A stretch of 64,000 bases of DNA from Rhynchobatus australiae (lineage: Eukaryota). Position 1 is the stretch's first letter. Each line of letters opens with the position of its first letter. This document shows, piece after piece, positions 1-11,470 of this stretch. A program made the position numbers and the translations under genes. The stretch spans positions 98,962,559 through 99,026,558 of the forward strand of contig JAUZTB010000001.1 of NCBI GenBank assembly GCA_034780895.1, read 5' to 3'. Below the pieces are notes generated by a model. The model did not search any database. It had not been told where the DNA came from and saw nothing but the letters and a program-made list of their open reading frames with translations.

Positions 1-150
1 GGCCCCCGCAATTTCCACTCTCACCTCCCTCAGGAGCCTGGGGTATATTCCATCGGTCCCCAGGTTCTTATCCACCTTAATACTGTTTAGGAGACCTACC
101 ACTACCTCTTCCTTGACCTCCAAATGCCCTAACGTGTTTACGCCCTCGGT
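1..150 (-). mobile_element. CR1-type LINE ORF2 fragment
   Basis: Similar to the corresponding parts of the CR1 copies at 35160-35280 and 45535-45660 (ggcccc.gcaat...ggggtatat...atccaccttaat). Confidence 0.7.
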
Positions 151-234
151 TTCAATTTCTGCGTCCTGCATGTCCCTTTCTTGGGTAAATACTGAAGAGA
201 AATTTCAAGCATCTGTTTTTTTTTGGAGTAAAAA

Positions 235-392
235 GTGAGACACTGGAGGAGTTCAGTGGGTCAAGCAGCATCTGTGGAGGGAGGTGGATGTTGGCTGTCC
301 ATTTCCTTACACAGATGCTGCCTGACCTGCTGAGTTCCTCCAGGATCTTGTTTCTTCGCTCCAGATCCAGCATCTGCATTCCCTTGTGTCCC
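235..392. mobile_element. Short inverted-repeat Penelope-derived element (paired termini)
   Basis: ctggaggagttcagtgggtcaagcagcatctgtg followed by its inverted copy cacagatgctgcctgacctgctgagttcctccag, then the ccagcatctgca tail shared with other copies. Confidence 0.65.
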
Positions 393-984
393 CATCTGCA
401 ATGTTTTGTTGAATTGGATTGAATTTTAGACAAATGTTGACATGTACATTGTAATGAAGGAGGATTCAGTACTCAGATAGGATTGTTTATCAGAATGAAG
501 AAAATGAAAGTCTTAGTTTAAGTTAAAGGGACAATGTATTATGTTGGCTTTTGCTACAGAAGTAAGTAAACCAATAGCACTCAGTTGTATTTATGAGGAG
601 ATTTGACAGCAATTTCTAGCAACCACTCTGGTGGAAATGAGGAAGTTGTTGTCTTGCCCTGTTACACCAAAAGCTGGTTTATAAAGAATTTCATTGAGAG
701 ATCTTGCATTGACTGATATGGATCACTGTTTAGATGCTGTATTTAGTGAACCTACCAGGAAAGGTCTGGCCTTTTCAGTGTAAGTGATGGTTTACAGTGT
801 CATTGGTCTTACTGGCTACCAAACAGTCTCCTTGGTACTGAAAATTAACTGTCGCAAGTTTAAAAAGAAGTTTCATTTCTGCCTCTCATATCTTGCTGAT
901 ATGTACTGAGTATTATTTGCTTCTGTAACTAAAGAGGAAAATGCTGTCTTCGAGTGTGAATTGTCTAGATTTATTCTTAGGATG

Positions 985-1365
985 AGAGATTGTTGTATGA
1001 GGGTAGAATGAGCAAGATTGACCAACGTTTGCTGGAGTTTAGAAGAATAAGAGTGATCTCACTGGGATTTGCAAGATTCTGAGAGGTGTAGGCAGGCTGG
1101 GTGACAAGAAGCTGTTTCCTATCACTGGTAGTTGAGAACTCAGATAAAGTCTCAGGCAAAGAGGTCAGCTATTTAGGACTAAGATAAGCAGAAATTTCTT
1201 TGTGCAGAGTGTTGTGGTTGTTCAGTTTTTGGGTATAATAAAGGGTCAGTTGAACAGATATCAATGGAGGATCTGGTGATCAGGCAGAAAATTGTTCAAG
1301 GCACAGAATCAGTGGCGCTTCTGAATGAGAGATGAATGGCTCACTCCCATTTCTTGAATGTTCTT
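985..1365 (+). mobile_element. Degenerate CR1 LINE 3' portion
   Basis: ctggagtttagaagaataagagtgatctc (LEFRRxRxDL-like) and a CR1-like tail ending ...gaatggc...ttcttatg. Confidence 0.55.
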
Positions 1366-2456
1366 ATGAAGCTTGCAGCAGTACGAAGTTTGTCAGGGTG
1401 TGGTACTACAAATGAATGTTACAGATCAGTCTTGACTAATTGCTTTTTATCTAGTGAGTGATGGTGCATTGAGCAGTGTCTGGGAGTGGTGAGGCAGCTG
1501 GTAGATGTGGAATTTGAGATGTGTTCACTGACATTGAAATATTTGTTTATTTCTTCCCTTTATTTCCCCTCATCTGACAAATATTTTTCACAAGGTGCGA
1601 ACAGGAGAAACCTTAGAGATCGAATGAATAAGGTGGACGCTAAATTGTCTCACAGGTGTGGTGTGGCTTATCCTACATTTAAAACAATGCAGACTGTGTT
1701 TTCATTCTTGCACTGACTTTGTGCAGCTCAGAGGTGTTTTCATTTGGATTGATCTTCCTGAGGGAATAAAAGGTTTCACTGCCATCATCTCTAACCAAAG
1801 AACTCAAATGAGAAGTCCAGAATGAGGTCATTGTTAGTCTGTATGTTGGTTCATATTTTGATTTTTTTTTCCCCCAAAGTGATTTCCACTTGGGACAATG
1901 ACAATTCCCTTTTCAATGTACATGTGAATCTCCAAAGTATTAGGCAAAATATGATATAGTTAATTTATGATTTAAAAGTTCTAGTTTTCTTTTGTATGTT
2001 TCAACACAATTGAAAAAGTGTGTCAGGACAAGCAAAAATTGGTTCTATTTTTGACAATTTATTTTGTCCTTAAGAAAATCTCTTGAAACACAGTTGAAAT
2101 TATTTTGCTAAAAAGTGCAGATGAACAAATGATTGTAAAATTCAGGTGTCCTCAGGCAGCCCTGACTAAACAGTTTGTTGTCTGGACAATCATTTAAGCT
2201 GCCTCGAACATTTTTGAGAAGCAGCCCTGAAAGATGGAAACAATATGTTCTGAATAGGAAGGTTTTATATATGCACTGTTCTATGGCCCTGGAGACATAG
2301 TCAAACCACAAATAGATCTACTTGAAATCACTGGGCAGTTTTAAATTGATGTTGAATTATCTGTTCCACTGTAGTCATTTTAGGCTGCATGACAGGAAAA
2401 TTTTTTATAACCAAAATGTGCCATTGGTGATTTTCTGTTTTTTTTTTGTTTTGTAG

Positions 2457-2530
2457 GAAAAGGAAGCAGTGGAAGGAGTTTCAGTTGGTGCCATTCTTTC
2501 TGACTACCAGCGGGTCAGAGTAGAAAATGT
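2457..2530 (+). CDS. DPH6: DPH6 coding exon (homolog of human exon 4), EKEAVEGVSVGAILSDYQRVRVENV
   Basis: Polypyrimidine tract + ttgtag acceptor (AG 2455-2456); 74 bp; donor gtaagc at 2531. Translation carries the GAILSDYQRxRVE motif of diphthine-ammonia ligase. Phase 0 to 2. Confidence 0.96.
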
Positions 2531-3472
2531 GTAAGCACCCTGTTAAGTTGTTAAACAGTATTTGAGGGGTTGGAGTTTGGGGGGGGGGCGGCGTGGAGGG
2601 GGTTTGGAATTAGATTGAATTAATTTATCATTAGTTCACAGAAGTCTTTTTTAATTTCCTTACTTCAGCTCATCTCTTGNNNNNNNNNNNNNNNNNNNNN
2701 NNNNNNNNNNNNNNNNNNNNNNNNNNNNNNNNNNNNNNNNNNNNNNNNNNNNNNNNNNNNNNNNNNNNNNNNNNNNNNNNNNNNNNNNNNNNNNNNNNNN
2801 NNNNNNNNNNNNNNNNNNNNNNNNNNNNNNNNNNNNNNNNNNNNNNNNNNNNNNNNNNNNNNNNNNNNNNNNNNNNNNNNNNNNNNNNNNNNNNNNNNNN
2901 NNNNNNNNNNNNNNNNNNNNNNNNNNNNNNNNNNNNNNNNNNNNNNNNNNNNNNNNNNNNNNNNNNNNNNNNNNNNNNNNNNNNNNNNNNNNNNNNNNNN
3001 NNNNNNNNNNNNNNNNNNNNNNNNNNNNNNNNNNNNNNNNNNNNNNNNNNNNNNNNNNNNNNNNNNNNNNNNNNNNNNNNNNNNNNNNNNNNNNNNNNNN
3101 NNNNNNNNNNNNNNNNNNNNNNNNNNNNNNNNNNNNNNNNNNNNNNNNNNNNNNNNNNNNNNNNNNNNNNNNNNNNNNNNNNNNNNNNNNNNNNNNNNNN
3201 NNNNNNNNNNNNNNNNNNNNNNNNNNNNNNNNNNNNNNNNNNNNNNNNNNNNNNNNNNNNNNNNNNNNNNNNNNNNNNNNNNNNNNNNNNNNNNNNNNNN
3301 NNNNNNNNNNNNNNNNNNNNNNNNNNNNNNNNNNNNNNNNNNNNNNNNNNNNNNNNNNNNNNNNNNNNNNNNNNNNNNNNNNNNNNNNNNNNNNNNNNNN
3401 NNNNNNNNNNNNNNNNNNNNNNNNNNNNNNNNNNNNNNNNNNNNNNNNNNNNNNNNNNNNNNNNNNNNNNNN

Positions 3473-3995
3473 CTGGGGAGAGAATAGGTCCCGTTAAAGA
3501 TCAGCATGGCCATCTGTGTGTGGAACCAAAGGAAATGGGTGAGATTTTTGACGAATATTTCTCTTCAGTTTTTACTGTGGAAAAAATGATGGAAGCTAAG
3601 GAAATGGGGGAAATAAGTGGTGTTGTCTTGGACCACATACGAATTAGCAGGCAGGAGATATTGGAGGCCTTAAGAGTGCATTAAGATGGATAAATCCCCA
3701 GGGCCTGAAATATTGCATTCTCAGTCCTTGTGGGAAGCTAGAGAAGAAATTGTGGAGGCCCTTGCAGAGGCCACAGGTGAGGTTCCAGAGGACTGGAGAG
3801 TAGCTAATGTTTAGAAAGGGTAGCAAACACAAGCCAGGAAGCTGCAGGCCAGTGAGTCTGGCATTGGTGGTGGGTAAATTGCTGGAGGGGATTCTAAGGG
3901 ACAGAATCTGCCAGCATTTGGAGAAACAGGGTCTGATTCGGGACCATCAGCATGGCTTTGTGCATGGGAAATCATGTCTGACAAAGCTCTTGGAG
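3473..3995 (+). mobile_element. CR1 LINE ORF2 fragment (pre-RT/RT), frameshifted
   Basis: Translations GEIFDEYFSSVFT, DKSPGP and RPVSL...GKLLEGILRDRI...QHGFVHGKSCLT. Confidence 0.9.
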
Positions 3996-3996
3996 T

Positions 3997-4468
3997 AACA
4001 AGCAATGTGCAGAAGGAACTCAGTGGGTCACGCAGCATCTGTGGGAGGAAGGAAATTGTTGACATTTTGGGTCGAAACTCTGCATCAGGACTGAGAGTGG
4101 AGAGGCAAGAGGGACAGCATAGAGAGGAGAAGAGGAGTAGCAAGAAAGGATTCTGAGGCGATTGGTGGGCAGAGGAGGGATGTAGGATGGGAGGCAGGTA
4201 GTGCCAGGTAGGGGAGGAGAGCGGGGGTGGAGTTGGAAGACTGTGGTGGGAGAATGACCGATGGAGGTAGACAGAAAGAGGGAGGAAAAAGAAAAAAAAA
4301 CAGGTGGAGCAAGGTGGGGGGAGGGGGAGCGTGAAGATGGGAGACAGCTGCTGGAGGGAGATAAGCAGGATCACAAAGCACTACCAGAGCTGGATTTGGA
4401 TAAGTAAAGGAGGTGAGATTGGGAACCATTAGGGGAGAGGTGAATGACAGTTGGAACCAGATTGGGGG
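3997..4468 (-). mobile_element. Penelope-like element terminus plus purine-rich internal part, inserted into CR1
   Basis: ggaactcagtgggtcacgcagcatctgtgggagg...gggtcgaaactctgcatcaggact terminus begins exactly where the CR1 reading frame breaks. Confidence 0.6.
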
Positions 4469-5081
4469 NNNNNNNNNNNNNNNNNNNNNNNNNNNNNNNN
4501 NNNNNNNNNNNNNNNNNNNNNNNNNNNNNNNNNNNNNNNNNNNNNNNNNNNNNNNNNNNNNNNNNNNNNNNNNNNNNNNNNNNNNNNNNNNNNNNNNNNN
4601 NNNNNNNNNNNNNNNNNNNNNNNNNNNNNNNNNNNNNNNNNNNNNNNNNNNNNNNNNNNNNNNNNNNNNNNNNNNNNNNNNNNNNNNNNNNNNNNNNNNN
4701 NNNNNNNNNNNNNNNNNNNNNNNNNNNNNNNNNNNNNNNNNNNNNNNNNNNNNNNNNNNNNNNNNNNNNNNNNNNNNNNNNNNNNNNNNNNNNNNNNNNN
4801 NNNNNNNNNNNNNNNNNNNNNNNNNNNNNNNNNNNNNNNNNNNNNNNNNNNNNNNNNNNNNNNNNNNNNNNNNNNNNNNNNNNNNNNNNNNNNNNNNNNN
4901 NNNNNNNNNNNNNNNNNNNNNNNNNNNNNNNNNNNNNNNNNNNNNNNNNNNNNNNNNNNNNNNNNNNNNNNNNNNNNNNNNNNNNNNNNNNNNNNNNNNN
5001 NNNNNNNNNNNNNNNNNNNNNNNNNNNNNNNNNNNNNNNNNNNNNNNNNNNNNNNNNNNNNNNNNNNNNNNNNNNNNNNNN

Positions 5082-5216
5082 TTAAAAGCCATCTAGATAA
5101 ATACATGGATAGGAGAGGTTTAGAGTGCTATGGGCCAAACGCGGGCCTAGCTTGCTGGGTAACACAGTCGGCCTGGAGGAACTGGGCCGAAGGACTTATT
5201 TCCATGCTATATGATT
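5082..5216 (+). mobile_element. CR1 LINE 3' end
   Basis: KSHLDKYMDRRGLE C-terminus followed by the gggccgaagg...atgattcta tail. Confidence 0.8.
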
Positions 5217-8031
5217 CTAAGTTTGGATAAGTTTGTTTGCAACTTCTCTCATTTTGATGAAGCTGTCCATTGTTCATTGGAGAGTTTGACAGTCTTACAA
5301 AATATGTGAAACAAGACACTGTTTCCTCCAAATCATCCTTCAGCCATTCTTGATTCCATTTCAAAGCAGTCCTGGTAAGGTCTGTCTTCTGGTACAGTGT
5401 GCAAAAGAACACAACATTATGAACCGGTTGTCAGATTGCCTGCCCTCAACATCCACCTTTTCATGACCCATTCAGGGCTCCAAGCAATCACTCACACATA
5501 ACATCACTTTTTTTTCATTCTGCTTTTCAGTTTTAGCAAAAAAATCAGTTTCTTTCTCTATGAAGTGTTTGTAACTAAGCACATTCATGTACATATCACA
5601 TTGTCAGTACGTAGACTTGTGCATGGACAGGTTTACAGACCCCTGCACTTTTCAGCAATCATTATAGAAAAGAAAGTTTCACCATACATGACTGATATGA
5701 ACAAGAAAAGTCTGATTCCTTTTCTACTCTCTGGCCTTTGATTATATGCAATTTTGCATTTAAATTTATAAGACTGAATTGAGAAACTGTGATATGACCC
5801 ATGAAAACTTCTTGCACTATATTCTTATTATAAAATGACTTTGTTATCATAATCTCTTCCGACTCACTTACTATATATCTTTCGGCATTTTATTGTTAGT
5901 TGAGCTTCTCATGCCTACAAATACTTTCCACTTGAGACTACCAATGTTAGCATCTTATTCCACTACTTTACAGTATTCAATGTATTTTGTTTTCTAAGTC
6001 ACATAAGATAAAGGAGCAAGAGAACAACATCAAGCCCGAAAGCCTGCTGGGCACTCATATTCATGGATGATGTTTCTGTACATACCCACTCCCCTCTATT
6101 TTCTTGGATTTAAAAATCACTGTTCTTGAATCAGCATTCACTTATCTGCAGAGTAGAAAATTGATTGACAATTCTTGTGAGTGAAAAAATTCCTCCACAT
6201 TTCATTCCTGCATGACTGTCTGGTTCTGGATTCAAGGCCCAGAGGAAACAGCCTCTCAACGTATACATTGTTAGTTCCTCTTAGAACCTTGTGTTTCATT
6301 GAGGTAACTTCTCATTCTTCCAGTGAGTTTAACACCACGTTAACTGGCAGTACCCTGTTCTTGTTCTTTTTTATGCTTTGAAAGTGTCCTTGTGATGCTC
6401 CAGCATAGAATCCAGGAAATCTGCTCACCTGCATATTGAAATGTGACCTTCTTGTTGGTTGTTGAGTGAGTGGTCTGGATTGCACTGGTGGCTCACTGGT
6501 GATTCTGTAGAGAAATATTGGTTGGCCGCCAGAGTCAAGTCAGTGAATTTCCACAGCTGTGCACTGTCACGTACAACTCGAAATGCTCTGGATGTCCTGA
6601 CTCCTTCCCCCCCCACCACAACCTTGGGCTTAACAGTGGCTCTGAAGCAACTCCTCATCATCTTGACTGAGGGGCTAGATTCACTTCGTATCTGAACCCA
6701 CAGCTTTATGCCAGCTATAACTGGTGTACATGCATTGACCCTTGCAGCTGGGGTACAAGGGTAGCTGACCTCCATTAAAAACCTAAGTGGTTCATTTTTT
6801 CTCATTTATTTAAATTAATATCAGTGTTTTAATTGAGTTAACTGTTTTAAAATATTTTTTTAATTTCTTTTAACAATTTAAATGTATTTAAACTGTTTCC
6901 GTCCAGTCAGGCCTCCAGGCAGCACAACCCATTCCAACGCTCAGTCTTCAGCACCTGACGCCCACAGACCTCCCCATCTCATTGGATATCCATAGNNNNN
7001 NNNNNNNNNNNNNNNNNNNNNNNNNNNNNNNNNNNNNNNNNNNNNNGAGGCCTACAACTGCAATAAGTGAATGTGACCATGGTCTTCCCGGGGTGGGGGG
7101 AGTGGGGGGGATCGTGGGGCGTGTCCAGGTCGACTTTGATCTTGTCCATTATTCACTGGTACAAATTCGACAGCATGGCTGACACATTTTTCAACACTTA
7201 CTCACCTCATGTGATACGTCAGTTGTTTGAGGATTACAGTTGTTGCTGCCTGGCTTGCTGAGTTCCTCCAGCTTTTTGTATGTTGCACTGTTTCATGATT
7301 GGCTGTAAGATTTTCACTTTGACTTGAAATAATTTCAAGCCTGTATATTCTAGTCATTTCTTTAAACACTTGGAGAAGGTTTGGGTCATGTACCACTTTG
7401 GCCTACTCTGCTATTCATTAAGATCACAACTGATCTGACTTTGGCATCAACTCTACTTTGCTACCTGATCCCCCTTACCATTGATTCCCCCATAATTCAT
7501 CTCAGCTTTAAATATATTTAATGACTAAACACCCCCTCTTGTTCTCCAGAATACCAGAGAGTATGGGTGCATTCTTATCTCATCAGGAATTCAATCTCAT
7601 GATCCTTTATGCACTACNNNNNNNNNNNNNNNNNNNNNNNNNNNNNNNNNNNNNNNNNNNNNNNNNNNNNNNNNNNNNNNNNNNNNNNNNNNNNNNNNNN
7701 NNNNNNNNNNNNNNNNNNNNNNNNNNNNNNNNNNNNNNNNNNNNNNNNNNNNNNNNNNNNNNNNNNNNNNNNNNNNNNNNNNNNNNNNNNNNNNNNNNNN
7801 NNNNNNNNNNNNNNNNNNNNNNNNNNNNNNNNNNNNNNNNNNNNNNNNNNNNNNNNNNNNNNNNNNNNNNNNNNNNNNNNNNNNNNNNNNNNNNNNNNNN
7901 NNNNNNNNNNNNNNNNNNNNNNNNNNNNNNNNNNNNNNNNNNNNNNNNNNNNNNNNNNNNNNNNNNNNNNNNNNNNNNNNNNNNNNNNNNNNNNNNNNNN
8001 NNNNNNNNNNNNNNNNNNNNNNNNNNNNNNN

Positions 8032-8180
8032 TGGAGGAACTCAGCAGGTCAGGCGGCATCTACGGAGAGAAATAAACAGTTGATGTTTCGGGTCAAGACC
8101 CTTCATCAGGACCAAATTCCTCCAGCACTTTTTGGGTGTGTTGCTCCAGTTTCCAGCATCTGCAGAATCTCTTGTGTCAC
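8032..8180 (-). mobile_element. Penelope-derived short element with hammerhead-like core
   Basis: Same terminus family as 235-392 and 35423-35657. Confidence 0.7.
8077..8113 (-). ncRNA. Minimal type I hammerhead ribozyme-like motif
   Basis: Minus strand reads GGUC-CUGAUGA-A-GGGU(CUUG)ACCC-GAAA-CAUC-AACUG. Both catalytic boxes and stem II are intact; stems I and III are weak. Confidence 0.55.
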
Positions 8181-8926
8181 TGTCTTTCTTTGGTCCAAGT
8201 AGCTCATTGAAAACATAACTTTTCTGTTCAATGAAAGGAGCTAAATGTATCATCTACACTGCTGGTAGAATTAGAATGGTGAACCACACAATAATTAAAT
8301 AAAAGTTACCTTTTACTCCAAGCATGTTGATGCAGTGATGAGATCATAAGATGCACAATGTTAATGCTTTTGTAAGTTTTGCAATTTAAGTCAATTATGG
8401 GGTGAGGAAGGAAGCAGCATGAATCATAATTAATTTGCTTTAATGGAGGGCTGCCACCCCCATCATTCCATATTTCATGACTTGAAATACTGACAGTGTA
8501 ACTGCTTCTAGTTAGTTCTTTTTTGTTGTCACTGTAACTAACTCTAGGAGTTGGGTTCAGAGACAGCCAGACTGACTTTCATCCAGTTTTTCTCTTGCTA
8601 TATATAAACAGTGTACCTTGTGCTAAATAATGAGAGGAAGCCAGTCTTTAAACATTCTGTGGCGATATGGTTTATTTGTATTGCACAGTATTCTCAAATG
8701 GAAAAGATGAATACATTTTAACATTACAATGAATATAAGAGTTCATGAGTATTGGTTAAAACCAGTTTTTAATACCAGTTAGATGATTTTTGGCTTTTGT
8801 TTACTCTGCATCAATGGAGCCATTTATGAAGGTAGAAATTATCAGGGTTAAAAGATGTGCCTTTAAGTTTTATCAGTACTTTTGAAATATATCCAGTTGG
8901 AAGGCCTTTTTTTTTTACCTTCACAG

Positions 8927-9045
8927 GTGCAAGCGACTTAATCTCCAGCCTTTGGCTTACCTCTGGCGTCGAAACCAGGAAGATTTGCTGAGAGAAATGA
9001 TATTGTCTAATGTTCAAGCCATGATAATCAAAGTCGCAGCTTTTG
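8927..9045 (+). CDS. DPH6: DPH6 coding exon (human exon 5 homolog), (V)CKRLNLQPLAYLWRRNQEDLLREMILSNVQAMIIKVAAF(G)
   Basis: ttttacttcacag-type acceptor (AG 8925-8926), donor gtaggt at 9046; 119 bp; phase 2 to 1 joins the previous exon in frame; near-identical to the DPH6 LAYLW...IIKVAA segment as I recall it. Confidence 0.96.
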
Positions 9046-10465
9046 GTAGGTATCCAGACCGCATGGGAGCAGTCTATTAACACAACATAATCCCAGTCCT
9101 TTGTATAACCACAAACTGCAAATGAGCAGCTGTCAAATATCAGAGAAAAAGTTCAAATCATCAATCACTTTTTTTTTATAAAACTGTAAAGAGATCTGCC
9201 AGAGGCAAACACATTTGAGCACAAAACAATTTGGAGAGATAAGGAAAAGGCAGGATGTTGGAAAATGACTGCCAGAGGTAGGTAATTACTTTTAAATGCC
9301 TTTAATCAAACCTGTCAATATCACAAGTTATTAGACAGTTTAAGAAGTAGAAAGAGAAGAATTTTATTAGTCTGCATTCCTTTAAAAATAGTAAACAGAA
9401 AGTACCTTGAAATCGATATGTCTGCTGCACAGATTAATGAGCCTTTAAAGGAAAATATGATGTTGTATTTATTAAACCACATTTCTCTCTTTTTATGTTA
9501 GTAGTTTGTATTTATTGAGAAGACTGTCTTTTGCACATTTATCGTAAATAGCTCGTAGGCTGTTTCATTTTGTAGTTTGATATCAGTCAGTATTTTAAAA
9601 ATTTGTTTTGGGATAAAGATTGATGCTGTATATAAGGCATTGTTCACAAAACCAGTTTCTGATACAAATTATGGTGCATTCCTAATTTCCGAATTCCAAA
9701 TACTGGGTCCTTTCCCAAAATCTGTAATAAAATATTTTACTAAGCTATTGACAGACTTTATATTTGCAGTGAGGAGATTTGCATTGCATTGGGAATTGTC
9801 TGGGCCATATTCATAGTTGAATTTAATTATTCAGCACTTGCTGTTGTTTTACTGTGGTGGTATATGTGCAACTTTATGAAGATTTTATTGTCTCAATGAT
9901 GTTAGGTGCTTTGTGATATTCATCTTGAATGGTATTTGAATACATTTATTACAGGTATTTCACCCTAAACAGATAACAAGGCTGAATGATGAAATGACTG
10001 CATAAGTTAAATTAGCACTTGTTAATTTATATCATAAATTTAGTTTAGTCTATCCTTTTGAAAAGACAGTTCTACAGTTGCCCAACTGTATGCTTTGATT
10101 CTTCATATGGCTGAACTATTGTAGAAACAGGATTAAGCCATTGAGCTTCTCAACTTGTTCTGATTTAAAACTTGTCACATGTAAATGGCTTTCATGAGCT
10201 TTCATTATTTTTTTGGTTCAAGAAGTCTGCTTACCATNNNNNNNNNNNNNNNNNNNNNNNNNNNNNNNNNNNNNNNNNNNNNNNNNNNNNNNNNNNNNNN
10301 NNNNNNNNNNNNNNNNNNNNNNNNNNNNNNNNNNNNNNNNNNNNNNNNNNNNNNNNNNNNNNNNNNNNNNNNNNNNNNNNNNNNNNNNNNNNNNNNNNNN
10401 NNNNNNNNNNNNNNNNNNNNNNNNNNNNNNNNNNNNNNNNNNNNNNNNNNNNNNNNNNNNNNNNN

Positions 10466-10955
10466 AGTCCATAGTTCTCGGAAAGTGACAACAGGTATAT
10501 AGTGGTGAAGGAGGCATATGGCATGCTTGTCTTCATAGGTCAGGACATAGAATAAAAGACAGGATGTTATGTTACAGCTTTACAAGACTTGGGGTAGTGT
10601 GTGCAGATCTGGTTGCCACACTATAGGAAGGATGTGGTTCTTCTGGAGGAACTGCACAGGAGATTCATCAGAATTTGTGTGGATTGAAGACTTCAGTTAT
10701 GGGGAGAGTTTGGAAAGGTTGGGTCTGTTTTCCTCGGCAAAACCAAGTAGAGGGGTGACCTGATAGAATTATAAGAGACATAGATAGGGTGGATAGTCAG
10801 AATCTTTTTTGTATGGTAGGGATATCAAAAACAAGAGGGCATAAGTTTAAGGTAAGAGGAAGGAGTTTCAAAGGGAATTTGAGGAGAAAGTGTGTTTTTA
10901 CACAGTGTGGTTGATATCTGGACCTCTCTGCCAGAGACGGTGATGGAATCAGATA
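10466..10955 (+). mobile_element. CR1 LINE ORF2 3' fragment
   Basis: VVKEAYGMLVFIGQDIE, MLQLYKT, TRGHKFKVRG-like segments. Confidence 0.85.
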
Positions 10956-11074
10956 CCTTTTGTGTGCTGTGCAACTTTGACTCTATCATTCCACTACAGA
11001 GGTTATATATTGAATCTAAAAGTTTACAGGAATGAATAATCCAGGAGATGGTTTCACATCTCTTTTGAAATAAA

Positions 11075-11470
11075 AGCAAACTGCTGGGAACATTCAGCAG
11101 GTCAGGCTNNNNNNNNNNNNNNNNNNNNNNNNNNNNNNNNNNNNNNNNNNNNNNNNNNNNNNNNNNNNNNNNNNNNNNNNNNNNNNNNNNNNNNNNNNNN
11201 NNNNNNNNAGGCTTTGCCATTGGAAGGAGAAATAAATTTACCTTTTCAGATTGAAGACCTTTCATCAAAACTGATAAAGGGAGAAAACAAGTTAGTTCCC
11301 TCTGCCAGCCTCCCTACAATTTAAAACTACTTTATATCTCTCTTTCCCATTTTGACATGGTCTTCAACCCAAATTGTTTGTATTGTTTCTTTTTCCACAG
11401 ATGCTGCCCGAGTTGCTGAGTGTTTCCAACATTTTTTGTTTTCATTTCAAATCTGCATCTGCAGTTTTTT
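11075..11470. mobile_element. Penelope-derived inverted-repeat element (degenerate)
   Basis: Left arm gctgggaacattcagcaggtcaggc...gacctttcatca; right arm ...ccacagatgctgcccgagttgctgagtgtttccaaca. Confidence 0.55.

Noticed and set aside
2665-3513. Long ORFs in the supplied track made mostly of X
   Set aside because: They only span N gaps and carry no coding evidence.
3811-4374. 187-aa Pro/Leu/Ser-rich minus-strand ORF
   Set aside because: Low-complexity translation of the purine-rich part of a repeat and antisense CR1.
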